A stretch of DNA of 64,000 bases from a phage: sequence record PZ496581.1. One strand, given 5' to 3'. The notes beneath the pieces were generated by a model. It was not told the origin of the DNA, ran no database searches, and worked only from the letters and a program-made list of their open reading frames with translations. Below, piece by piece: positions 50,869 through 59,644 of this stretch. The position numbers and the translations under genes are program-made. How positions within the stretch are numbered: position 1 is the first letter of the stretch; each line of letters starts with the position of its first letter.

Positions 50869-51615
50869 TTAACCTTTAATCAGTTGGAATAATGATGCGC
50901 TAAGTGGTAAGCCACGTTTCAATTTTAATTTACCAATGAAACCAATCTTTTCAAAACGTTGCAGACCTTGGATAACTTTATCATATGTATCGAAAAGCGA
51001 TTCAGCGTCAGTTAATTTAGTTTTAGTTTTCCAGTCAGAGCCTTTAAGAAGAACGTTGAGTTTAGTAAGTTCATGGCCTTCTGCTTGATGTGAGCCATTA
51101 ATGCGTGCTTTCAAAGCAACAATTCTAAGTTTAGATTCGTTAGATAAAGGTTGATTTTTCATCATGTTCGCCATATGCTTAACACGATTTTCACGTTTTG
51201 CTCGGATTTTTAAAATAGTGTCATAAACCTTTTTAATTTGGGCCCATTTCTTCTCGTCGAGATTAAGTTTCTCTACTTTACGGGCAGAAGGATTAGCGAT
51301 ACGTCTTGCAATGGCATCACGTTTCCTAATAAGTTCTTCTAATGTTAAATCAGAACGAGCCGTGTTATATTTTTTCTTAACTGGGATAACATTACCTTTA
51401 ATGTAGCCTATATCATTATTAAAACGTTCTAAGGATAATTTCTCACCTTCAACAGAGTTATTAAAAGATTCACCTGAGTAAGCGCAGACCTTTTGATCAA
51501 GAATGTTTTTAAGGTAATTAAAGTCTAAGTTAAAATCCTTAGAGCGTCTCTTCGCAGAAGCTCTGGTGTGGTCAAGACGTCGATTGATTTTGTTAATTTT
51601 ATTATTTGATAACAT
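50869..51615 (-). CDS. Basic protein with degenerate HNH-like segment (248 aa); positional candidate for Srd
   Basis: VCAYSGESF...LSLERFNNDIGYIKGNVIPV resembles an HNH core without the usual Cys/His ligands; lies between dda and the Mod paralogues. Confidence 0.4.
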   Translation of the reverse strand: MLSNNKINKINRRLDHTRASAKRRSKDFNLDFNYLKNILDQKVCAYSGESFNNSVEGEKLSLERFNNDIGYIKGNVIPVKKKYNTARSDLTLEELIRKRDAIARRIANPSARKVEKLNLDEKKWAQIKKVYDTILKIRAKRENRVKHMANMMKNQPLSNESKLRIVALKARINGSHQAEGHELTKLNVLLKGSDWKTKTKLTDAESLFDTYDKVIQGLQRFEKIGFIGKLKLKRGLPLSASLFQLIKG

Positions 51616-51768
51616 AATATTTTCCTCTGTCTTACGGACGTTAAGGTCATTTAGCTGATAAGCTTATAATATCATGCCCTCAGGTAGTGTACACTCTTTT
51701 TTCATAAAATGCTTTAATTTTTTATGTGTTATAATGGTTCTGAGTTCCATCCGGTTATTCCAATTCAG

Positions 51769-52377
51769 TCAGTAACTGACAATAGACAGATTCCAGATTG
51801 TATAACGTCCATCTTGAATAATAGAATCTACACGTAGTGTAGTCCCTATAGGGAGCATAAATTCACATTCGTCAGATATAAGTCTAGCATTAGACCGTCT
51901 TGTCGCTTCAGGGAAAGCTCCATTGAACTCACAAGATGGCGCAGCCAGAATCATGTTAAGCATATGTTCACGGAAGTTGAAAGCAAATGGTGCATCTTTG
52001 ATGCAGAACATATTAAATGTTCCGTAAAAATTATACGAAGCAAAGTTACGTGCTACACCGAACACTGGGCTGAAGCTCATTACTCTGTCAAATTTAATAA
52101 TACTACCAATGCCTTTATCATCGAGTGTGGCCATAGTTTTCTTAGAGATTCCACGATACATTGTCTCAGGAACAGAAGACGACCAATTTCTACGAACAAT
52201 TGCACTTAAATCTTGTTGGATGCTATCGGGCTTGTTTTCCATACACTGCCACAGTACACTTTGTTCAATGTCGCTGAATTGCTCATCGATTTTGTACTGA
52301 AGCATATCTTGATAATCTGGGCATTGAGCACGACGAACCATTTCTTCAATTTCACACTCGTTATACGGCATAAACAT
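51769..52377 (-). CDS. Mod-family ADP-ribosyltransferase-like protein (202 aa)
   Basis: R-S-E style motifs: MYRGI, FSPVFGVARNF, SDECEF; tandem paralogue of 52435..53016; ModA versus ModB not resolved. Confidence 0.6.
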   Translation of the reverse strand: MFMPYNECEIEEMVRRAQCPDYQDMLQYKIDEQFSDIEQSVLWQCMENKPDSIQQDLSAIVRRNWSSSVPETMYRGISKKTMATLDDKGIGSIIKFDRVMSFSPVFGVARNFASYNFYGTFNMFCIKDAPFAFNFREHMLNMILAAPSCEFNGAFPEATRRSNARLISDECEFMLPIGTTLRVDSIIQDGRYTIWNLSIVSY

Positions 52378-52401
52378 TTAGGTTTCTCCTCTGGATGATA
52401 G

Positions 52402-52432
52402 GTCTATAATATCATCGTCCTTGTTGTTTGTA
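52402..52432 (-). promoter_or_regulatory. Candidate early promoter (-35 GTGTAC, -10 TATTAT) with the conserved downstream CCTATCA element
   Basis: Module gataggtctataatatcat upstream of the ATG at 52377. Confidence 0.35.
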
Positions 52433-52434
52433 CA

Positions 52435-53016
52435 CTAAAAATTCAACATTTTCAAATGAATGATTTTGTATAATCGAGATAAAGGGTCATATTCTAAGTC
52501 TTCAATTTCCACAATCTCAAATCGAGAGATACCTGAGACCATGTACTCTTGTTCAGATTCAATCATATCTAGGACATCGATACGAGTTTCTTCCATAACA
52601 TGCTTAGGGTTCTTTCCGGCGAGTACAATGTTAACCATGTTTTGGTAGTAATCAAAAATGAATGGAGCATTCCTGAGACTAAGAATAGTGTACGTCTGAT
52701 ATTCCCATCTCCCGGAGAATTGACGAGCTGTACTGAAATCAGTTGTGAACGATGTTACTCGTCCAGGAGACCAATGGCATCCAACAGAAAGAAGGGAAAG
52801 ACGTTCTACTTCTTCTGGAGTTACACCACGGTAGAGTTCTACTGGTACTGTAGAAGTCATATGCTTACGAACAAGATGGTCTAATTCATAGTGGAAATCC
52901 GGGTCTTCCTTAGAATCGGTGCAAGCCCAGAGAATGTTTTGTTCTTGGCGGGTGAATTTGCTATCAATCAGATTTGTTAGGTATTCACGTTCTTGAAGTT
53001 CAGATTGACATGTCAT
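52435..53016 (-). CDS. Mod-family ADP-ribosyltransferase-like protein (193 aa)
   Basis: R-S-E style motifs: LYRGV, FTTDFSTARQF, ESEQEY; tandem paralogue of 51769..52377. Confidence 0.6.
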   Translation of the reverse strand: MTCQSELQEREYLTNLIDSKFTRQEQNILWACTDSKEDPDFHYELDHLVRKHMTSTVPVELYRGVTPEEVERLSLLSVGCHWSPGRVTSFTTDFSTARQFSGRWEYQTYTILSLRNAPFIFDYYQNMVNIVLAGKNPKHVMEETRIDVLDMIESEQEYMVSGISRFEIVEIEDLEYDPLSRLYKIIHLKMLNF

Positions 53017-53232
53017 GATAGACCTCCATTTAAAGATAAGCCTATCATAACACGAGAGGAGGGAATGTAAACTACTTTTTAAGCTTTCCTACTAAAGGTC
53101 CATCAGGACCAGGTTGTTCTAACATGAATAAGGATGCTTTAAAAAGCAATGTCAACCCTTTCACCATTCGATACCATGTCTCAAAGTCTTTTTCCTTGAT
53201 TTCTAGTAAGAATTTCTCTTTAAATTTCTCTT

Positions 53233-53421
53233 TCATTTCCAAGGACTCCATGGTGGAGGGTCGTCATAATAAGAGGCAAGGTCTTTCAGGGCTTCGACAG
53301 GTAAACTAAAGCCGTGTCGTTGTATAATACTATCTAGTTCATCAACAAGTTCACTACGATGCACTTTAAGAGCCTCAACTTCAGGCTCGTCAAACATACT
53401 CATAAGGTCCATATTATTCAC
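53233..53421 (-). CDS. Hypothetical protein (62 aa)
   Basis: Track ORF. Confidence 0.4.
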   Translation of the reverse strand: MNNMDLMSMFDEPEVEALKVHRSELVDELDSIIQRHGFSLPVEALKDLASYYDDPPPWSPWK

Positions 53422-53878
53422 CTAAATAAAAACTAGGCTGCTCGGAGAATGTTTCTAGCACTACACCTTTTGTCTTAAAAAATTTCCAAATAGCTCGTTG
53501 CAAATGGATTAAATCTGCTAATGATGTAATAAAGTATTTTTTGGCAAAATACTTATGGTCTCGCTTTTCAAACAAGTCTAAACGCTTTTCAGGATTCACA
53601 TAAACGGCATTTTCCGTAGATTCATAACCTAAGTCCTTTATGCCTTCTTCAAGACTAAACGGAGAATTTTTAGAACGAGTAATAGCTCCAACTCGCTCTA
53701 CACGAATTTTGTAACCTTTAGGAATCTGCAATTTGCAGAATTCTTCTACGATATATTGCGGATTATTTAGACTTTTGTTAATGAGGATAGCTATTTCTAG
53801 TGGAGTCTTATCTTCCACTGGTATATGTTTAAATGACTTGGCTTCAAGCAAATACATTTTAAATAGCATAGCATCCAT
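53414..53878 (-). CDS. Hypothetical protein (154 aa), mrh position
   Basis: Track ORF between soc and the Mod paralogues. Confidence 0.45.
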   Translation of the reverse strand: MDAMLFKMYLLEAKSFKHIPVEDKTPLEIAILINKSLNNPQYIVEEFCKLQIPKGYKIRVERVGAITRSKNSPFSLEEGIKDLGYESTENAVYVNPEKRLDLFEKRDHKYFAKKYFITSLADLIHLQRAIWKFFKTKGVVLETFSEQPSFYLGE

Positions 53879-54057
53879 TATAATTTCCTCGATGGTTCAC
53901 CCATATAAAGTTTTACAATACGTTCGCCTTCATCTTCGACGAGCTTTTCTTCATGTTTCTGGAATTCTTTAGCCATATTCTCTTCAAGAACATCCAGCCA
54001 ATCTTCTGGACCGACACCATCGTCCCAGCTTTTAAACCATCTTACCAATCTGTTCAT
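53878..54057 (-). CDS. Hypothetical small protein (~59 aa)
   Basis: Track ORF 53878..54084 trimmed to an internal ATG. Confidence 0.3.
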   Translation of the reverse strand: MNRLVRWFKSWDDGVGPEDWLDVLEENMAKEFQKHEEKLVEDEGERIVKLYMGEPSRKL

Positions 54058-54302
54058 TCGCAGCTCCCTGAGCTTGAACCACAATCAGAATAACTTGACC
54101 CAGAATCACCAGGCCAAGACGATACGTATGAATGATTATAACTTGAAGAGCTTGAAGCATTAACATGTTTTGTTTTTGGACGAACAACTTCTTCCATCAT
54201 TCCGTCACCGATATATTCCCAACTTTTTTCGTGTGTATCAGGAATAGGCATCATACCTTCGCCTGGTTTAACAGCAAACAACTTCTTCAGTATCGTAAGC
54301 AT
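54054..54302 (-). CDS. Hypothetical protein with Ser-rich C-terminal tail (~82 aa)
   Basis: Track ORF 54054..54377 trimmed to MLTILKK; C-terminus NASSSSSYNHSYVSSWPGDSGSSYSDCGSSSGSCE. Confidence 0.4.
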   Translation of the reverse strand: MLTILKKLFAVKPGEGMMPIPDTHEKSWEYIGDGMMEEVVRPKTKHVNASSSSSYNHSYVSSWPGDSGSSYSDCGSSSGSCE

Positions 54303-54495
54303 TAATTGTTCCTCGAACAAAACGAACACCACCATCATCCCAGCGGATTTCGGCATTAAATTTGACGTCTTCACCATCCATCATGAATGAGTGTACGACT
54401 ACATCATCATAATATCCAAGACCGTACTTTAATGAAACTTCTTGAGCAATCAAAGCACCTAATGTGTTATTAGGTTTAATCCAACGATTTAACAT
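54268..54495 (-). CDS. Hypothetical protein (75 aa)
   Basis: Track ORF. Confidence 0.4.
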   Translation of the reverse strand: MLNRWIKPNNTLGALIAQEVSLKYGLGYYDDVVVHSFMMDGEDVKFNAEIRWDDGGVRFVRGTINAYDTEEVVCC

Positions 54496-54561
54496 ATTGT
54501 TCTCCTCTTGAGTAAGTAAGATATCTTAACACAGTTTTTAGTGGTTGTAAACTGTAGAAAC

Positions 54562-54589
54562 AAAAAAAAAGGAATCCCGAAGGATTCCT
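54562..54589 (-). terminator. Intrinsic terminator downstream of soc (UUCG hairpin plus U9)
   Basis: ggaatcc-cgaa-ggattcc followed by nine U on the minus RNA. Confidence 0.55.
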
Positions 54590-54598
54590 TAAATTATT

Positions 54599-54838
54599 TA
54601 ACCATTTACTGGTGTAGGGGTAAACATTGCAGCGTTCTTAGTTTTCCAGTCAGCTGCATCAGAAACTACAGTAGAATAAGCTGCCTTTTCTGATGGAAAG
54701 ATTTGGTAATGAGAATCTGCAATCCGATGTTCGTTTGAATAAATCTCAAACGGCACAGAAACTTCCATACCTTTAACTTCTTTACTTTCACCAGCAGGAT
54801 GCGTAAAGGTTTTGATGTTTACATAACCACCAATAATT
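54599..54838 (-). CDS. soc: Soc small outer capsid protein (~78 aa), no canonical start codon
   Basis: GYVNIKTF...HYQIFPSEKAAYSTV matches remembered T4 Soc; not in the track because no ATG/GTG/TTG precedes the conserved N-terminus; AAGGAG is followed by TTA ATT ATT GGT GGT. Confidence 0.7.
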
Positions 54839-54871
54839 AACTCCTTTGTTGTTTAATTACAGGTGTATTTA

Positions 54872-55087
54872 TTATGCATATTTCTTGTCGATATAAAAAT
54901 GACCACCGCCTTTAACAAAGACCCAGAATAGATTTCTATCGTCTGTATCCCGGCAGTAAAAATCATCTAACCGGAAATAGTTTTCTTCAGGGAATTCAAG
55001 ATGTCGCCCGAGTTCTATCGCATCAGAACCGAACGCTTTAGTAGCGGGACGACCATCATCGTCCCATTTCTTGAAATTGAATTGCAT
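54872..55087 (-). CDS. Hypothetical protein (71 aa)
   Basis: Track ORF; stop overlaps the gene 56 start. Confidence 0.45.
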   Translation of the reverse strand: MQFNFKKWDDDGRPATKAFGSDAIELGRHLEFPEENYFRLDDFYCRDTDDRNLFWVFVKGGGHFYIDKKYA

Positions 55088-55608
55088 TAATAACCTCGGT
55101 CTTGGCGAGCGAAGTTTTCAGCATTCTTCAGATAATACAGTTTGAAGATTTCTTCAGCAGAAAGTCCCAGACCTTGGAACATATTTAGAACGAAATGCAG
55201 AATATCAATCATTTCAAATTTAATTTCAAGCTGGTCTTCAGGAGACAGTTCATCGATACGACGATTTCGATATTCAGCATGTTGTGCTTTCCATGGCTTC
55301 CATACAGAGCTAGCGGCTTTCTCACCATTGCTCATACCGCCAAGTGAAGTCAGCAGTTCACGGAATTCATCATCAATATAATCTTTCTGATTACGCAGCC
55401 AATCAACAACATCGCCAGCAGTAGCCAATTCATCAGGATGTTTGTTATGTTCAGGCTTGTCATTTGCCAGACGAACCTGTAAAGATTTCTGCATATCAAG
55501 CATTACCTGCAGTGGGTCTTTATCTTCGTGAATCAGAGCATTAAAATAAGCTTCTTCTGCTTTATCAACACCAGAAATAAGTTGTGAACATTCGTTAAAG
55601 TGCGCCAT
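55087..55608 (-). CDS. 56: gp56 dCTPase/dUTPase (MazG-like), ~173 aa
   Basis: MAHFNECSQLISGVDKAEEAY...DPLQVMLDMQ...EIFKLYYLKNAENFARQDRGY matches remembered T4 gp56; start moved to MAHF. Confidence 0.8.
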   Translation of the reverse strand: MAHFNECSQLISGVDKAEEAYFNALIHEDKDPLQVMLDMQKSLQVRLANDKPEHNKHPDELATAGDVVDWLRNQKDYIDDEFRELLTSLGGMSNGEKAASSVWKPWKAQHAEYRNRRIDELSPEDQLEIKFEMIDILHFVLNMFQGLGLSAEEIFKLYYLKNAENFARQDRGY

Positions 55609-55696
55609 TATTTTTCCTTTCAATTCAGTATAAGAGAGTTAATTCTAACATTAATTTTATAAAGCGTAATAAATAATAGGTAACTAAGGAGATATT

Positions 55697-55894
55697 ATGT
55701 TTAAACTTCCATCGTTAATCAACGCTATTAAAGGCAATAAAAAGAAAACTGCTATCGCTGCAATAGTTGTAGGTGGCATTATTTCATGGAACTTCGGGAT
55801 TGCACCATTGTTAGTTGCCCATGGTGTTATGGTTCCTTCTGTTCCATTGGATACTGTAGTTGATTTGGCCTTTGCTATTATAGGGCTTGTTTAA
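55697..55894 (+). CDS. Small membrane protein (65 aa) on the opposite strand
   Basis: Strong ribosome-binding site AAGGAG 7 nt before the ATG; two hydrophobic segments; convergent 3-nt stop overlap with gene 61. Confidence 0.4.
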   Translation: MFKLPSLINAIKGNKKKTAIAAIVVGGIISWNFGIAPLLVAHGVMVPSVPLDTVVDLAFAIIGLV

Positions 55895-56913
55895 ATCTTC
55901 GAATAACGAGATAATCTCATTTTAGCATGCAACCCACTTGAAATATTCTGTTTCATATATTCTAAAATTTCTTGTGGTGTTGCATTTTCTTTCATTACCA
56001 TATCATTCACATCCTTTGATCTCCATGGAGCTCGGTCCCAGAACATGACACGTTCGCCTGCATTAACTAATCGCTTCATGCGAGCTATAGTATCCGGATG
56101 CCTAGGTTCATTATCCATTACCCATACCCGACGTTCTTTAAATGGTACCACATCTAAATCTATTGAGCCGCCTGTAATAGCGATTGCATTGGGTATGAAT
56201 AAACTATCAATAGGACCTTCCATTACCCAGACGTCTCCTTCCTTAACACGTTCAACACCATAAATTTTTGTTGCAGATTCAAAAGCTTTAATAGTGATAT
56301 ATTTTTGAGGAGCATCTTTACGAAGTGCACGTCCTTGGAATGACTCGGCCTTCCCATCTTTATTAAAAATAGGAATAACTAAACGCGGTTCAGGAATCTC
56401 TTTCTTATATGTGCCAGGTTGAATCTTGTTGACCAATTTAGGCCATTCTAATGTGAACCATAATCTGTTCCATGATTCTTTAGGAATGCATCTAGACTTA
56501 ACATATTTCACAATAGGATGCTCTTCAGGCAGCTTGTCCAGACGAGAACAAGACGGCAAAGAATTTATAGTCTTTTTTTCCGGCTCCGGCTTAGCTTCAG
56601 GAACCTTTTCAATCTTTGGTTCCATTCTAGCTTTTTCTTTACGAACTTCCATTAGATATTCGCGATAAAGCTCTTCATCATACTCTTTTAAGTATCCGGA
56701 AATTGTATTGTGGTATTGACAGTTATAGCAATGTACATTACCAGGAGTACCGCCATAATACCATCCGCGAGCTTTCATTGCATCTGTCTGGGAGTCGCCA
56801 CAAACTGGACAACGAAACGTTAATTTAAATGTGCTTGAATTATTGATTTGTCTAAAACGAGGGAGGTGAGAAAACGCACGATAAGCAAATTCATTATCTA
56901 TCCATTCAGCCAT
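55891..56913 (-). CDS. 61: gp61 DNA primase (340 aa)
   Basis: Zinc ribbon FRCPVCGDS...CYNCQYH followed by a TOPRIM-like region; length as in T4. Confidence 0.9.
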   Translation of the reverse strand: MAEWIDNEFAYRAFSHLPRFRQINNSSTFKLTFRCPVCGDSQTDAMKARGWYYGGTPGNVHCYNCQYHNTISGYLKEYDEELYREYLMEVRKEKARMEPKIEKVPEAKPEPEKKTINSLPSCSRLDKLPEEHPIVKYVKSRCIPKESWNRLWFTLEWPKLVNKIQPGTYKKEIPEPRLVIPIFNKDGKAESFQGRALRKDAPQKYITIKAFESATKIYGVERVKEGDVWVMEGPIDSLFIPNAIAITGGSIDLDVVPFKERRVWVMDNEPRHPDTIARMKRLVNAGERVMFWDRAPWRSKDVNDMVMKENATPQEILEYMKQNISSGLHAKMRLSRYSKI

Positions 56914-56952
56914 AGTATTCTCCAGAGGCCTTAAATTAATAAGGCCATCTTA

Positions 56953-57447
56953 TCACAACTTATTAATATTTACTTTAATTCGCTTTCTTTTCTTGGAAGG
57001 AATTTGTTCGGGACCTTTATTTACGACTGCACCTGTAGTTGTTCCTGATGCAATAGCTTGAGGACTGCCGCCTGAATCACCAGCAACCATATCCTCAAAT
57101 AAAGGGAGTTCTTTAAATATTTCTTTCTGTTGTTCTTCCGTAATGTTATAGCGTGAAGCTACAGCACTCCAAGCAGACATCATTGATGCCATTCCATTAA
57201 GACCTGGAACAGTGTTCATCATTCGCTTCATTGAACGAACTGAAGCATGAAAAGGTGTATAAGCCGCTTTCTCTTCAGGAGTGGAAGGGCGTTTAAGAAC
57301 ACTTCCACGTTCATCGATGATTTTGGCTTCGTATGCTTTCCATTCGGTAAAAGGTTTTTGCATTAGTCGAATAAACTTATATGCGTAAACAGAATCTATT
57401 GCAGTGTTAATAATACCCATAGGTACCTCCTGAGTATATTTAATCAA
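56953..57447 (-). CDS. Hypothetical protein (164 aa)
   Basis: Track ORF. Confidence 0.5.
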   Translation of the reverse strand: MIKYTQEVPMGIINTAIDSVYAYKFIRLMQKPFTEWKAYEAKIIDERGSVLKRPSTPEEKAAYTPFHASVRSMKRMMNTVPGLNGMASMMSAWSAVASRYNITEEQQKEIFKELPLFEDMVAGDSGGSPQAIASGTTTGAVVNKGPEQIPSKKRKRIKVNINKL

Positions 57448-57637
57448 TTACAAAGATTGCTTTGTCACCATTTATATCTGTGACTTCATATGTAGTGCCT
57501 TCATACTGTGGAATATTCCAAATTACACCGTCATTAGCTTTTACGCTAATATGGCATTGGTGTTTTGAAACAACTTCATAATCTTCAAAACTTGTAAAAA
57601 CACTAATTTTAGAACCAGTGCAAATTGCAGTAGTCAT
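57440..57637 (-). CDS. Hypothetical protein (65 aa)
   Basis: Track ORF. Confidence 0.4.
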   Translation of the reverse strand: MTTAICTGSKISVFTSFEDYEVVSKHQCHISVKANDGVIWNIPQYEGTTYEVTDINGDKAIFVID

Positions 57638-57638
57638 T

Positions 57639-58298
57639 TTAACCTCGATTCATAAATGCATTAAATATTTGGTCATCAACAGAAATTTCTAATTCGACTT
57701 CAATTGCTTCAGCCTTTTCTTCAGGTGGTAATTCGTATCCACACACTACAATTTTTTCATCGATATCAAAATATACAGAAGCAATACGATTAATGTTATT
57801 TTCAGTTAAGTCTAATTCAACATCAACATCTTTTTGGCCTACACTTAGAGGATAACTAATACGGGTTATTTTATTATCTTTAACAAAGAGTCCACCAACA
57901 TACTCTGTACTACGTTTGAAGTTTACACGTTTCCGAATTGAAAGATATGATGCATCTTTACCGTGAGCTCGGCTCATAGCACATAATGAATAGCTAGAAT
58001 AAGAGATGTCAAATCCTACACCTTCAATATGAGCCAACGTGTCATGATTAAACCAATTATAATCATATGCCAAATCCATTATATTGTAATATGTGAAAGG
58101 CACAGGATTAACATCATATGTTGTACCTTTAAAATCTGCCCAGGCAACGATTTCGTTATCTTTAACAATTACAAAAATTACACCGAGATGGTATCCGTTA
58201 TTATTTTCATTCGGCGTTATATTATAACATTGTGCATTAGGAAATTTACCATATTTAAATGGCGCATTTTTGTGCATATAATAAATCATATTATTCAC
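57639..58298 (-). CDS. Hypothetical protein (219 aa)
   Basis: Track ORF. Confidence 0.5.
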   Translation of the reverse strand: MNNMIYYMHKNAPFKYGKFPNAQCYNITPNENNNGYHLGVIFVIVKDNEIVAWADFKGTTYDVNPVPFTYYNIMDLAYDYNWFNHDTLAHIEGVGFDISYSSYSLCAMSRAHGKDASYLSIRKRVNFKRSTEYVGGLFVKDNKITRISYPLSVGQKDVDVELDLTENNINRIASVYFDIDEKIVVCGYELPPEEKAEAIEVELEISVDDQIFNAFMNRG

Positions 58299-58584
58299 CT
58301 GTGATTTCGGTTACGATATCTTTGTTATCGAAATTAGGGTCACAATACAAAACATAGTTGTACTGCATGATACCGCCAGACTTAAGTTGTTCAACAACTT
58401 TATTAACCATATTAGGACGGTCTCGTTTAGTGATGTTCATGATATCAGAGAAGATTTGTTGTTCAACATCTTCTTGATTTGCAGTCATTGACCACTCACA
58501 GAGGTCTTTATCATAACCTGCCGTAACTGGAGCCGGTGCACATGATACTGCAAGTAAGATTGCTGCCAATGATAACTTTTTCAT
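58291..58584 (-). CDS. sp: Spackle periplasmic superinfection-exclusion protein (97 aa)
   Basis: Signal peptide then AGYDKDLCEWSMTANQEDVE...LKSGGIMQYNYVLYCDPNFDNKDIVTEITGE, matching remembered T4 Sp. Confidence 0.8.
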   Translation of the reverse strand: MKKLSLAAILLAVSCAPAPVTAGYDKDLCEWSMTANQEDVEQQIFSDIMNITKRDRPNMVNKVVEQLKSGGIMQYNYVLYCDPNFDNKDIVTEITGE

Positions 58585-58647
58585 TTTAACTCCTTAGTTG
58601 ATTTGATAGGACTACTATACTATAGTCCATCTATAATGTAAACAAGT

Positions 58648-58896
58648 TTATTCTTTTTCGCGAATAATAATTACTTGTTGAGGCTGCTGAGCCGATTTCT
58701 TTTCGGCAACGATAGACCAAATTAAAGTTCCAATCCAACCAACCATCGTCCAGTTAAAGAGTAAAGATACAAAGAAAATTGCTGTTGTGCTTTTTGTGCC
58801 ACGAATAAGTGCGATTACCCAAGGCAACATGTAAATGATGATTGAACCAATACCTGCGATTAAAACTGCTACTGAACTAGCTACGAATAATTCCAT
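58648..58896 (-). CDS. Superinfection-immunity (Imm-like) small membrane protein (82 aa)
   Basis: YMLPWVIALIRGTKSTTAIFFVSLLFNWTMVGWIGTLIWSIV resembles the superinfection-immunity family signature; two TM helices. Confidence 0.5.
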   Translation of the reverse strand: MELFVASSVAVLIAGIGSIIIYMLPWVIALIRGTKSTTAIFFVSLLFNWTMVGWIGTLIWSIVAEKKSAQQPQQVIIIREKE

Positions 58897-58957
58897 GTTA
58901 ATTTCCTCTTGATTTGTTATGTTTATAGTATCTTATTTTAACTTTGGTGTAAACCAA

Positions 58958-59326
58958 TTAATTAAATTTGTTTAAACGTTCAATACACTGGACGTAGTTA
59001 TTCGCGATTTGTTTCTGGGTAGGCTCTTTACCGGTTGTTTCAACATAGCGAATGAATGCGATTTCAGTAGCCTGTAAGCAATGTTCTTTAACGCGTTGTT
59101 CTTTTGACAATGCTACAGTATCAGAGTCACGATAACGTTGAGCATGGGCATCAGCTTGAATCATTCGATTACCTACAGTAACCGGGTCTTCCACTTCAAC
59201 TTTAGGTTGGTCGTACTGTTTAACATTCGGATTGTAAATCAATTGGCCGACGTTATTAGGGATAAAGCCATGGGCACCACATCCGGTTAATCCAAACACC
59301 ATTGCTAAAGCGATTAATTTTTTCAT
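58958..59326 (-). CDS. Lipoprotein (122 aa)
   Basis: Signal peptide with lipobox LTGC (MKKLIALAMVFGLTGC). Confidence 0.5.
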   Translation of the reverse strand: MKKLIALAMVFGLTGCGAHGFIPNNVGQLIYNPNVKQYDQPKVEVEDPVTVGNRMIQADAHAQRYRDSDTVALSKEQRVKEHCLQATEIAFIRYVETTGKEPTQKQIANNYVQCIERLNKFN

Positions 59327-59386
59327 TTCAATTTCCTCTGTAGTTGATAGAAAGATAGTAACACAGTATGTGGTGCTTGTAAACAG

Positions 59387-59644
59387 CTATTTTAAACTTT
59401 TGCGAAATTTGCGTTTTTCTTGACGAATCTGTCGTTTAGTCGGACGTACAGCAAATTTAACGAAGTCCACTTTGCCGTGTGGAAACTTTTCAGATGCTTC
59501 GCAGTCCATCATTAGTTCCCATCCTTCCAGAATAAGAGCTTTCCATTGTGTAGTTGATGCAAATTCGTATGTTGATGGTTTAAACACAGTTGAATACATA
59601 TTATCCTCTGAAATCAGCTTCAAAAACTTTCTCGTCATTAACAA
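59387..59644 (-). CDS. Hypothetical protein (85 aa or shorter)
   Basis: Track ORF; C-terminal basic tail. Confidence 0.4.
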   Translation of the reverse strand: MLMTRKFLKLISEDNMYSTVFKPSTYEFASTTQWKALILEGWELMMDCEASEKFPHGKVDFVKFAVRPTKRQIRQEKRKFRKSLK

